Below are positions 44,322 through 51,703 of a stretch of DNA of 61,559 nt, in pieces; the first letter of the stretch is position 1, and each line of letters opens with the position of its first letter. Origin of the DNA: Candidatus Micrarchaeota archaeon (lineage in GTDB: Archaea > Micrarchaeota > Micrarchaeia > Norongarragalinales > Norongarragalinaceae); NCBI GenBank assembly GCA_043822385.1, contig JBDRBT010000013.1:1-61559 (forward strand), in the 5' to 3' direction. The notes beneath the pieces were generated by a model. It ran no database searches, was not told where the DNA came from, and saw nothing but the letters and a program-made list of their open reading frames with translations. The position numbers and the translations under genes are program-made.

Positions 44322-44522
44322 TTAAATGCTTACTCCTTTTTGTTTTAAAAACGTTTTAATTCGGGCTATATCTCTCCTGAGTTTTTTAATTAAGCCCGGA
44401 TTTGATGGTTTGCCTGTTTGCTTGCCGCTAGCTCTTTCAGCATGCAAGTTTTTTTCAATCGTAATTAATTGTTCTTTTAGTTCGTCTGAACCCATTTCCT
44501 TGAAGTTTTTCTTCTTAACCAT
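44322..44522 (-). CDS. rpl29: ribosomal protein uL29
   Basis: 66 aa. 'ELKEQLITIEKNLHAERASGKQTGKPSNPGLIKKLRRDIARIKT'. Confidence 0.85.
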   Translation of the reverse strand: MVKKKNFKEMGSDELKEQLITIEKNLHAERASGKQTGKPSNPGLIKKLRRDIARIKTFLKQKGVSI

Positions 44523-44528
44523 TTATTT

Positions 44529-45263
44529 TCACTCTTTCTTTTTTTTCCGGGTTTTCACGGGTTTTTTTGTTTCTTCCTTTTTTTCTTCAGTTTTTTCTTT
44601 TTTTTCTTCAACTTCTTCTTTTACTGGTTCTTCAATTGTTTCTTGAATGACTTCTTCTTTTACTTCAACTTCTTTTTGAATCGGTAAGTCGCTTATTCCT
44701 GCGTCTCTCCTAAGTATTTTTACGGTTATTCCTATTGTTCCTGCTTTTAATGAAGCTGTGTACGTTCCGCGACAAACTTTCTTTAAGTCTTCCCCACTTT
44801 TTTTTAAGTACCCGGCGCGAACTGTTATTGTTTTTGCTTTACCGCCTTTTCCAACAATTTTTCCCGCTACCCTAATTTCCGCACCTAGTGGGTCTGCATT
44901 CATTATTTCTTCTAACGCTCTTCTAAGTATTGGTTTTACGTTGGGTCTAGCTTCAATTTTCTTGCCTATTTTTTCAGCCATTAACTTGGCATCGAGAGCT
45001 GGTTCCATTACTTCCAAAACTTCTATTTGCGGGTTTTCTATGTGGTATTCTGTTTCTAGAATCCTGCATAAATCGCGAATGTTAGCGCCTTTTCTTCCTA
45101 CTACCATTCCTGGTTTTCTTACTGTAATTGAAATGCGAGTTGCAATAGGCGTTTTTTGAATACTAGTTTTTGATACTCCTGCTTTCTCTAATTGAGAGTT
45201 TAGGAATGTCTTTATTTCCAATTCATTTATTGCCGCCTTAATTACTTTTTTTGCTATGGACAT
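44529..45263 (-). CDS. rps3: ribosomal protein uS3 with Glu/Lys-rich C-terminal tail
   Basis: 244 aa. KH domain 'RISITVRKPGMVVGRKGANIRDL', and the tail 'EVKEEVIQETIEEPVKEEVEEKKEKTEEKKEETKKPVKTRKKKKE'. Confidence 0.9.
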   Translation of the reverse strand: MSIAKKVIKAAINELEIKTFLNSQLEKAGVSKTSIQKTPIATRISITVRKPGMVVGRKGANIRDLCRILETEYHIENPQIEVLEVMEPALDAKLMAEKIGKKIEARPNVKPILRRALEEIMNADPLGAEIRVAGKIVGKGGKAKTITVRAGYLKKSGEDLKKVCRGTYTASLKAGTIGITVKILRRDAGISDLPIQKEVEVKEEVIQETIEEPVKEEVEEKKEKTEEKKEETKKPVKTRKKKKE

Positions 45264-45768
45264 TCTTTACCCTCTTCTTTTTTTGAGTTCTAGGTTCTTC
45301 TTCTCCTAAGCCTATTTCTGCTTTTGCAGTAACGTAATTACTCCACATTGCGTGTTTTCCGTAACCGAGTGTTGCAGAACCGACAAATTGATGTCTGTAC
45401 CTGCGTAAGACGTTTTGCTTGTTTGCGCTAGCGTGTTTTACTACTAATTTTGTTTCATCCATTCCTTTTTTGATTGAATTAGCTATCGCGTTGTTAAGTA
45501 ATTGCATTGCGTACTTGCATTCTTTCTTTGGGTACTTGCCTTTTTTACCGCCTAGCTCGCTTCTGTGACCCATGCCTGTGTTGAATTTTGTGAATCGAAT
45601 GGGTTTCTTCATTTGAATAGCGTCATTAAGTACTTTTTTTGCTTCAATGATGTTTTTTCTTTTGATTGCACGCAGTACTTGGCTTAAGTCTTTGTAAGAA
45701 CAATCCACATCGTGAATTTGCGCTGTGCCGAGTCCTTTTGTTTCAAATGAATACTTGTATAAACCCAT
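45238..45768 (-). CDS. rpl22: ribosomal protein uL22
   Basis: 176 aa. 'DCSYKDLSQVLRAIKRKNIIEAKKVLNDAIQMKKPI...VKHASANKQNVLRRYR'. Its 3' end overlaps the uS3 start by 26 nt. Confidence 0.9.
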   Translation of the reverse strand: MGLYKYSFETKGLGTAQIHDVDCSYKDLSQVLRAIKRKNIIEAKKVLNDAIQMKKPIRFTKFNTGMGHRSELGGKKGKYPKKECKYAMQLLNNAIANSIKKGMDETKLVVKHASANKQNVLRRYRHQFVGSATLGYGKHAMWSNYVTAKAEIGLGEEEPRTQKKKRVKNVHSKKSN

Positions 45769-45771
45769 AAT

Positions 45772-46149
45772 TTACTTCAACTCTACTGATTTGGACCCGC
45801 GAGTTGCTCCTACTCCTGGTCCGGAGTGTTTAACTGATTTAATTGTTATAGTGTAATCCCCGAGTCTTTTTCCAAGCATTTCTGGAACAATTTTTACGTC
45901 AACCCAGTCTTTTCCACCGTATACTTTAATAGTGTCGCCCAGCATTTCTGGAATAATAACCATTTGTCTAGTGTGAGTTTTGTACGTTCCTTTGTTTTTC
46001 CTGTAATTTTTAAGGAAGCTTTTCACTTGGTAACTCATTCTTTTTAGTGTTCTTTTTGCGCTGGTTGGAATTAGTTTAATGAATTCTTCTAGACTCAGGT
46101 TTTTGAGTTCTTCTTCGGTTAATCCCTTGTAATTGAATTTTCTAGCCAA
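45772..46149 (-). CDS. rps19: ribosomal protein uS19
   Basis: 125 aa. 'THTRQMVIIPEMLGDTIKVYGGKDWVDVKIVPEMLGKRLGDY..T.KSVKHSGPG'. Confidence 0.9.
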   Translation of the reverse strand: MARKFNYKGLTEEELKNLSLEEFIKLIPTSAKRTLKRMSYQVKSFLKNYRKNKGTYKTHTRQMVIIPEMLGDTIKVYGGKDWVDVKIVPEMLGKRLGDYTITIKSVKHSGPGVGATRGSKSVELK

Positions 46150-46160
46150 CTTTATTCACC

Positions 46161-46883
46161 TTAAACCTTTCCTGCTTTTCCTTTTCGTCTGCCAGTAGTT
46201 CGAGCTGCAATGTGTCCTGCTTTTCTACCTGGAGGCGCGCTTCTCTTTATTGTAGTTGACTTACCGCCGGTTTTTCCTCCGTACGGGTGGTCGTAAGCAC
46301 TCATTGCTCTTCCCCTTACCTTCGGATAAAGTTTGTTTCTTGCTCTCATTGCTTTTCTTTTTGTTCCAGCTTTCATGAACGGCAACTCGTTTTTGCCTCC
46401 GCCACAAACAATTCCTATCGTAGCCAAGCACTCTGGATTTAGTTTTATTACTTTTTTTGTTTTTAATTGAACTTGAACTTTGTTTGTGTCTTCATCTTGC
46501 GCTAGTCTTTGACAGAAGCTACCTGGTGCTCTAGCGATTTTACCGCCGTCTCCTGGAGTTATTTCTACATTGCAAATATTAGTTCCTTCAGGAATGTCCC
46601 CTACTTTTGATATGAAGCCTAAGCCTGTTTCTTGGCTTAGTACTTTTATTTTATCGCCTATAGCGAGTCCTTCTTGTGCAACATTATAAATTCTTTTTCC
46701 GTTGCCGAGCATTATTGACGTTACTAATGCGTGCCGACCTGGATCGTCAGCGAAACCAAGTATTTCTCCTGGTCCGGCGTTTCGTTCAAATGAATACTTA
46801 ACTGGAGTCAAGTACCTGTGCCCGAGGCTAGAATAGCGCGGCGAGCCCTTGCCTCTTTTTTGGTGAGTTAGTCGCGTGCCCAT
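46161..46883 (-). CDS. rpl2: ribosomal protein uL2
   Basis: 240 aa. 'GTNICNVEITPGDGGKIARAPGS...RGRAMSAYDHPYGGKTGG'. Confidence 0.95.
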   Translation of the reverse strand: MGTRLTHQKRGKGSPRYSSLGHRYLTPVKYSFERNAGPGEILGFADDPGRHALVTSIMLGNGKRIYNVAQEGLAIGDKIKVLSQETGLGFISKVGDIPEGTNICNVEITPGDGGKIARAPGSFCQRLAQDEDTNKVQVQLKTKKVIKLNPECLATIGIVCGGGKNELPFMKAGTKRKAMRARNKLYPKVRGRAMSAYDHPYGGKTGGKSTTIKRSAPPGRKAGHIAARTTGRRKGKAGKV

Positions 46884-47134
46884 TAAATCACTTTGAGTTT
46901 AGCTGCCAAGTTTGCTGCAGCGTTTTCTTTTGCAAACGAAACCATTGCTTTTTTCTTGCCGTCTGCAGTAGTGAGCGTAGTTACTTTGCTCGCTTTTTGC
47001 TCGTATTCTTTTTCAATCTCGTTTTTAATTTCTTGTTTAGTCGCGTCGTTTCTGACGATGAACGTGATTTTGTTTTCGCGTTCTATTCCGCGTACTGCTT
47101 TTTCAGATGTTACTACGTATAGTATTGCTCTCAT
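46883..47134 (-). CDS. rpl23: ribosomal protein uL23
   Basis: 83 aa. 'YVVTSEKAVRGIERENKITFIVRNDATKQEIKNEIEKEY'. Confidence 0.9.
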   Translation of the reverse strand: MRAILYVVTSEKAVRGIERENKITFIVRNDATKQEIKNEIEKEYEQKASKVTTLTTADGKKKAMVSFAKENAAANLAAKLKVI

Positions 47135-47144
47135 TTTATTTCAC

Positions 47145-47945
47145 TTAATAATATAAATTCTCATTCTTGAGTTTTTCCAATGCGCTTTTAGTCCAAACTA
47201 CGAGTCTTCCTGCTTGCCCACCTGGCGCAAGCAATTCAATGTTTAATTCTTCTACTTTAGCGTAGTCTAAACCAGGAATGTTTCTAACTGCTTTCCATAC
47301 TCCTTTGTCTTCGCCTGTGATAACTAACACGCTTTTTGGAGTAACGTAACCGCCTTTCCTTAGTTTTGCGCGTCCAGATCGTTTTTTCCTGTGTTCTTTT
47401 GCTCTAGTCAAGTCTTTTTCTAAACCTAGTGCATTCAAAATTTTTGTTGCGTCTTTAACTCTTTTTACGCTTTCAAATGAATCGTCAACAATGATTGGCG
47501 TTTTTAATTCGTTGAGTACGTGTTTTGCCTTCACTATGGCTGCATTCGCAGTTGCGGCTATAGCGCTCCTGATTGCAGTGTTTTTTTCTTTTAAGTTTAT
47601 TTTCTCGATAATTATTTTTTGTGGTTTAGGTGGATGCGCCCTGCGTCCGCCAGCAGAGTGAGGTACTCGTCTTACTTCGCCTAATCTTCCTCCGGATAAT
47701 TTCAATCGAGGAAGCCTGCTTCTTCCAGTGTTTATTGTTTGCCTCCATGCTTTTCTGCGTCCGTAGTATTCAGCAGTGTTTTTTAATCCTGCTAATGGAT
47801 CGCTTCCTTTTGGTTGGTAAAACCTTGTTCTGAAAGCATGGTACGCGCGTTTGATGATGTCTGGGCGGTATTCTTCATTAAATTGAATAGGTAACTCGAC
47901 TTGGTTTTCTTGTTTTCCTTCAATTGAGTAAACGCTTGCTTTCAT
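47145..47945 (-). CDS. rpl4: ribosomal protein uL4
   Basis: 266 aa. 'AGLKNTAEYYGRRKAWRQTINTGRSRLPRLK...GGRRAHPPKP'. Confidence 0.9.
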   Translation of the reverse strand: MKASVYSIEGKQENQVELPIQFNEEYRPDIIKRAYHAFRTRFYQPKGSDPLAGLKNTAEYYGRRKAWRQTINTGRSRLPRLKLSGGRLGEVRRVPHSAGGRRAHPPKPQKIIIEKINLKEKNTAIRSAIAATANAAIVKAKHVLNELKTPIIVDDSFESVKRVKDATKILNALGLEKDLTRAKEHRKKRSGRAKLRKGGYVTPKSVLVITGEDKGVWKAVRNIPGLDYAKVEELNIELLAPGGQAGRLVVWTKSALEKLKNENLYY

Positions 47946-47946
47946 T

Positions 47947-48891
47947 TTATAACACTATTTCTTTTAATTCTGCTTTCATTGGTTTTTCGCTCGTTTTTCG
48001 TAATAACACTAGTCTCTTGCTTGGGCCTGGAATGCTTCCTGCTAAAAGCACGTAAAATCCTTTTACCACGCCGTAATTGTGAAATCCTTCTTTTGGAGTT
48101 ATCTCGCTTCCAAAACCAAGCTTCAGTATTCTCTTATTTTTTTCAGTTCTCTTGTGGTAACCCATTTGCCCAGCTCTTGGAACAGTATAAAATACTTTAG
48201 CTGGCCGTTCTGCACCAAGCGTGCCTCCGTGCCTTCTTTTTTTAGTTGATTTTCTTATTCCAAGGGCTACGCCGAATCTTTTTACTACGCCTTGCCAGCC
48301 CTTGCCTTTAGTTACTGCTATCGCGTCAACGAATTCTCCTTCCGTAATTACTTCTTTTAATGGAATGTTTTGTCCTAAGTATTTTTCTGCGAGAACTATT
48401 TCTTCGTCAACGCTTCCGCCTAACGCTATTTCAATTAATTCTGGTTTTTTCTTTCCTAAACCCGTTTTGTACGGTTCAGTAACGCAAAGTAATCTTAACT
48501 CGCTTATTTTTTCTCTCATTGCTTTTAAGTCTTCCATTGTTTTTCCCTTCTTTGCTGGATTAAACACTTTCTTTAAGTCCTTGGGTGCTTTCAGGGAAAC
48601 AACTTGAGTTAACGATTTTAATCCAAAATAAGTTTTTTCAAAAGCATTTACGGCGTAAACAAATAAGGGAGGAATTTCGATGAGAGTTGCGGGGAAAGTG
48701 ATTTCTTGTCCTTTAGTTGGCGTGGCGCGGTCGTCAACCATTACCACGTGAATCATGCCTGCTTTATATCCCGCTAAGCCTTGCAGTCCAGGTACGTTGA
48801 GTGGCCAGTGTCTTATTCTAGGCGCCATTCTTTTGGCTCTAGATCTATGCCAGTACGCCATTGACCCTCGTCTTGGCTTATTTTTACTCAT
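47947..48891 (-). CDS. rpl3: ribosomal protein uL3
   Basis: 314 aa. 'RRGSMAYWHRSRAKR...GYKAGMIHVV...TKGKGWQGVVKRFG...GQMGYHKRTE'. Confidence 0.95.
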   Translation of the reverse strand: MSKNKPRRGSMAYWHRSRAKRMAPRIRHWPLNVPGLQGLAGYKAGMIHVVMVDDRATPTKGQEITFPATLIEIPPLFVYAVNAFEKTYFGLKSLTQVVSLKAPKDLKKVFNPAKKGKTMEDLKAMREKISELRLLCVTEPYKTGLGKKKPELIEIALGGSVDEEIVLAEKYLGQNIPLKEVITEGEFVDAIAVTKGKGWQGVVKRFGVALGIRKSTKKRRHGGTLGAERPAKVFYTVPRAGQMGYHKRTEKNKRILKLGFGSEITPKEGFHNYGVVKGFYVLLAGSIPGPSKRLVLLRKTSEKPMKAELKEIVL

Positions 48892-48930
48892 AATTAATCA
48901 CAAAAAAACTTGTTTGCGCATGGTTTGTTG

Positions 48931-49065
48931 TTAGTCGCTGGAAAAGCTCTTTAATATTGCAGGCGTGCGCTTGAACAATATTTTAGAGTCGCAATACATG
49001 CACCTAATAAAATCTCCTTCTATTTCACTGAATTCTTTATCGCAGTTTGGACAAATATAACTCAT
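48931..49065 (-). CDS. rpoP: RNA polymerase subunit Rpo12 (RpoP), zinc-ribbon
   Basis: Hand-translated 44 aa: 'MSYICPNCDKEFSEIEGDFIRCMYCDSKILFKRTPAILKSFSSD*'. The CxxC...CxxC spacing and the 'ILFKR' motif are typical of Rpo12. It is below the ORF-track cutoff. Confidence 0.6.
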   Translation of the reverse strand: MSYICPNCDKEFSEIEGDFIRCMYCDSKILFKRTPAILKSFSSD

Positions 49066-49213
49066 TTTTAACCACTCGACTTAAATCAAATGAATGCTTT
49101 CGTTAATAAACTTTTTTCTTTACAAAAACTCTTTTTATTACGTAAAAGCGCTTAAACCCGTTCTTTTCTTAAAACAAGCATTGTACGCACTTGTTTTTTT
49201 CTTAATTGGTTTA

Positions 49214-49624
49214 TTAAACGGTTTTCAGTGTTTTTTCATAGTCTTTTACTACTGTGCGTAGTTCAGGAAAAAAATTTTCTGGGATTTCTTTTGTTTCAAC
49301 AAATTTTATTTCTTCACATTCTTCTGGTTCTTTTATTGATGGCTGTCCTTTTGTTATTTTGCAAAGGTATCCGTAAACACTCCAGCTTTCTTTCTCGTTT
49401 TCGTAAGTTCGTTTAGACACTGTTTTTTCTATTTTTATGCCAATTCCCAGTTCTTCTTGCATTTCTCTAATTATACTCTCTTCAGGTGTTTCGTTTTCTT
49501 CTACGCTTCCACAAGGGAGTGACCAGAGGTTTGGTGCTTGCTCGTCTTTTTCAGTTCTTTTGGCTATGAGTATTTTACTTTCGTCATTTTTTATTATGGC
49601 TGCAACTCCTGTAATTTTCCTCAT
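49214..49624 (-). CDS. NUDIX hydrolase
   Basis: 136 aa. Nudix box 'GSVEENETPEESIIREMQEELGI'. Confidence 0.8.
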   Translation of the reverse strand: MRKITGVAAIIKNDESKILIAKRTEKDEQAPNLWSLPCGSVEENETPEESIIREMQEELGIGIKIEKTVSKRTYENEKESWSVYGYLCKITKGQPSIKEPEECEEIKFVETKEIPENFFPELRTVVKDYEKTLKTV

Positions 49625-49627
49625 TTT

Positions 49628-50407
49628 TTATTCCTTTGCTGCGAAAATAATTAATCTCTCGCTGTTTTGTTTGTAGCTAGTGGCGTCGAATCCGCCGTAA
49701 AACCTGAGTTTTTTGAATCCGTGTTTTGTCAGGTTTTGTTTTAACTCTTCTGCACGCCATAATTTTTCCAGGCTTTTTTCCTTGAATTCTTTTTTTTCTC
49801 CCGTTGTTTTGTAGTGAAACTCGTATTGAAATTGGTTGTATCTTACATTGTCTAAGATTTTCTGTTTTCTTTTTGTTGTTATTCGGAGTATTTCGTTTTC
49901 TGATATTCTTTTATTTTCCTTGTTTTTTTCTTCTAACGGGTTTGCGGTATCAATGAGTATTACGCCGTGTTCTGCGGTTATCCTAGCTGCTTCTCTACAG
50001 AACGAATCTAATTCTTCGTTATTGTATGCATAGGCTATTGCACTCCAGGTTGAGATTACTGCATCGAAGCTTTTGTTTTCGAAAGGAAGGCACGTCATGT
50101 CGCCGTATATGAATTCAACTTCACTGTTTTTTTTTCTTCCTTCATCTAAGAGGGGTTGATTTACATCCAATCCAGTTACTTGGTATCCTTTTTTTGCTAA
50201 AGGGATGGTTATCCTTCCTGTAGCGCATCCGCAGTCTAAGATTTTTTTTATTTTCTTGTTTTCTTTTAGGATGTGGTTAATGAATTTTACTTCTTTTTCT
50301 GTTTCGCGGTAGGTAAGAATAAGATCGAAGTTCTCGGCGAATTTTGTATAAAGGTATTCTTGAGTTGCACTAGGTACTTTTTCTTTTAGGATAAGATTTG
50401 TTTCCAT
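49628..50407 (-). CDS. class I SAM-dependent methyltransferase
   Basis: 259 aa. Motif I 'ILDCGCATGRITIPLAKKG' and 'GLDVNQPLL'. The substrate is unknown. Confidence 0.7.
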   Translation of the reverse strand: METNLILKEKVPSATQEYLYTKFAENFDLILTYRETEKEVKFINHILKENKKIKKILDCGCATGRITIPLAKKGYQVTGLDVNQPLLDEGRKKNSEVEFIYGDMTCLPFENKSFDAVISTWSAIAYAYNNEELDSFCREAARITAEHGVILIDTANPLEEKNKENKRISENEILRITTKRKQKILDNVRYNQFQYEFHYKTTGEKKEFKEKSLEKLWRAEELKQNLTKHGFKKLRFYGGFDATSYKQNSERLIIFAAKE

Positions 50408-50459
50408 ATTTAGTCAGGGTTATTTTAATTATTTATTTTTTTCTGTAGCTTGATTAAAG

Positions 50460-50601
50460 AGCCTCCGATGGGATTCGAACCCACGACTTTTTGCTTTACG
50501 AGAAACTTTTTACTAAAATGTTTCATCAAAACAATTTTTGATCAAACTTTTCAAAAAAGTTTGTACCATGCAAACACTCTACCAGGCTGAGTTACAGAGG
50601 C
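50460..50601 (-). tRNA. tRNA-Thr (anticodon GGU) with a 68-nt intron at 37/38
   Basis: GCCTCTG-TA-ACTC-AGCCTGGTA-GAGT-G-TTTGC-ATGGTA | intron 50496..50563 | A-GCAAA-AAGTC-GTGGG-TTCGAAT-CCCAT-CGGAGGC-T. Confidence 0.75.
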
Positions 50602-50630
50602 GATAAATTTGTATTTTTATTTTGGGAAAC

Positions 50631-50646
50631 AAAGCTTATTAATATG
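50631..50646 (+). promoter_or_regulatory. BRE/TATA-like element upstream of the eL40 gene
   Basis: 'AAAGCTTATTAATATG' is centred about 45 nt upstream of the ATG at 50685. An archaeal TATA box about 26 nt upstream of the TSS would give a short leader containing the SD-like site. Confidence 0.3.
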
Positions 50647-50671
50647 CTTGACTGCAATAATTTGTTTTTCA

Positions 50672-50678
50672 AGGTGAT
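50672..50678 (+). promoter_or_regulatory. Shine-Dalgarno-like site for the eL40 gene
   Basis: 'AGGTGAT' lies 6 nt upstream of the ATG and is complementary to the conserved 16S rRNA 3' end (..GAUCACCUCC). Confidence 0.45.
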
Positions 50679-50684
50679 TATTTA

Positions 50685-50846
50685 ATGGGTAAATTTCCAG
50701 TTGCTGACAAAGCTTTTCAATCGGTATTGATTTGCAAAAAATGCAAGGCTCGCAATCCAAAGTCTGCAAAAAAATGCAGGAAGTGCGATTACACTAGATT
50801 GAGAGCAAAGAAAGCAAGAAAGAAAGACGCTAAAGGCAGCAAGTAA
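50685..50846 (+). CDS. rpl40e: ribosomal protein eL40 (L40e)
   Basis: Hand-translated 53 aa: 'MGKFPVADKAFQSVLICKKCKARNPKSAKKCRKCDYTRLRAKKARKKDAKGSK*' (CxxC-x10-CxxC ribbon). It is below the ORF-track cutoff. Confidence 0.8.
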   Translation: MGKFPVADKAFQSVLICKKCKARNPKSAKKCRKCDYTRLRAKKARKKDAKGSK

Positions 50847-50853
50847 ACTCCTT

Positions 50854-51567
50854 TTAGTTTTCTTGCAGGAGTCCTCTTACGCCTATTTTTTTCGCGTAAG
50901 GACTCAGTTTTTCTTTCATTTTGTTAAAGAATTTCATAGCGTAAGCTTCTTTGTTAGCGTAATCCGGGTCGAGCGTTACGTCGGAACGGAATTGCTGTAA
51001 GTAATACGCGTCAGCTCCTTGAATTAATTCGCCGATTTTAATCAAGTCTCCTTCATTAAGTAAGCTTGGTACTACGGTAGTTCTGAATTCGTGAGGCAAA
51101 CCGCTTTTCTTGATGAAGTCAATGCTTTGCTTTATTTTTTCCGTGTTTATTTTAATTCTAGTTACTTCCCCGTATTTTTCTAGCGGTGCTTTAACATCCA
51201 TCGCTATGTAGTCAACTAATTTTTTTTCAACAAGCAATTCAAGCATTTCAGGCATAGATCCGTTTGAATCTAATTTTACTAGGAAACCGCGTTTTTTTAT
51301 TTCAGAAAGCAATTCCGGCAAGTCTGGATTCAAGCACGGTTCTCCTCCTGTTACTACTACTCCGTCAAGCAAGTGCTTGCGTTTTTCTAGAAAAGCCATT
51401 GCTTCGTGCAAGGGAATAGTGCGTCTTGCGTCCCTTAGTTTAGGGGAAACTAGCTCTGGGTTGTGGCAGTACGGGCAATTAAAATTGCAGCCGTAAAGAA
51501 AGAAGATTGTGCTTAATTTCCCTGGGTAATCTAGTAGAGACAATGGCTGGATTGCTTTAATCAACAC
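50854..51567 (-). CDS. nrdG: anaerobic ribonucleotide reductase activating protein (radical SAM)
   Basis: 237 aa, GTG/TTG start. 'LSLLDYPGKLSTIFFLYGCNFNCPYCHNPEL' and 'VVVTGGEP'. Confidence 0.85.
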   Translation of the reverse strand: MLIKAIQPLSLLDYPGKLSTIFFLYGCNFNCPYCHNPELVSPKLRDARRTIPLHEAMAFLEKRKHLLDGVVVTGGEPCLNPDLPELLSEIKKRGFLVKLDSNGSMPEMLELLVEKKLVDYIAMDVKAPLEKYGEVTRIKINTEKIKQSIDFIKKSGLPHEFRTTVVPSLLNEGDLIKIGELIQGADAYYLQQFRSDVTLDPDYANKEAYAMKFFNKMKEKLSPYAKKIGVRGLLQEN

Positions 51568-51574
51568 GTTTTTT

Positions 51575-51694
51575 TCACTTTATTACGAATGTTTTTCTGT
51601 CTTGAAATTCTTGTCTTTTGCCGTCATTCCATTGTGAAATTGGTCTTATGTATCCTACTACTCTTGAATATACTTCGCATTTAGTTCTCTCCAT
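51575..51694 (-). CDS. NrdD C-terminal glycyl-radical segment encoded as a separate 39-codon ORF
   Basis: Hand-translated: 'MERTKCEVYSRVVGYIRPISQWNDGKRQEFQDRKTFVIK*'. 'SRVVGY..P...WN.GK..EF..R' is the glycyl-radical C-terminus of class III RNR. It is in the same frame as nrdD and separated from it by TGA-ATA-AAA-AAA. Confidence 0.65.
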   Translation of the reverse strand: MERTKCEVYSRVVGYIRPISQWNDGKRQEFQDRKTFVIK

Positions 51695-51703
51695 TTTTTT
51701 TAT

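Noticed and set aside
50496-50563. Possible C/D-box sRNA embedded in the tRNA-Thr(GGU) intron ('TTGATGA' resembles a C box).
   Set aside because: The intron has no CTGA D box or D' box and no terminal stem. The same check on the other introns was also negative.
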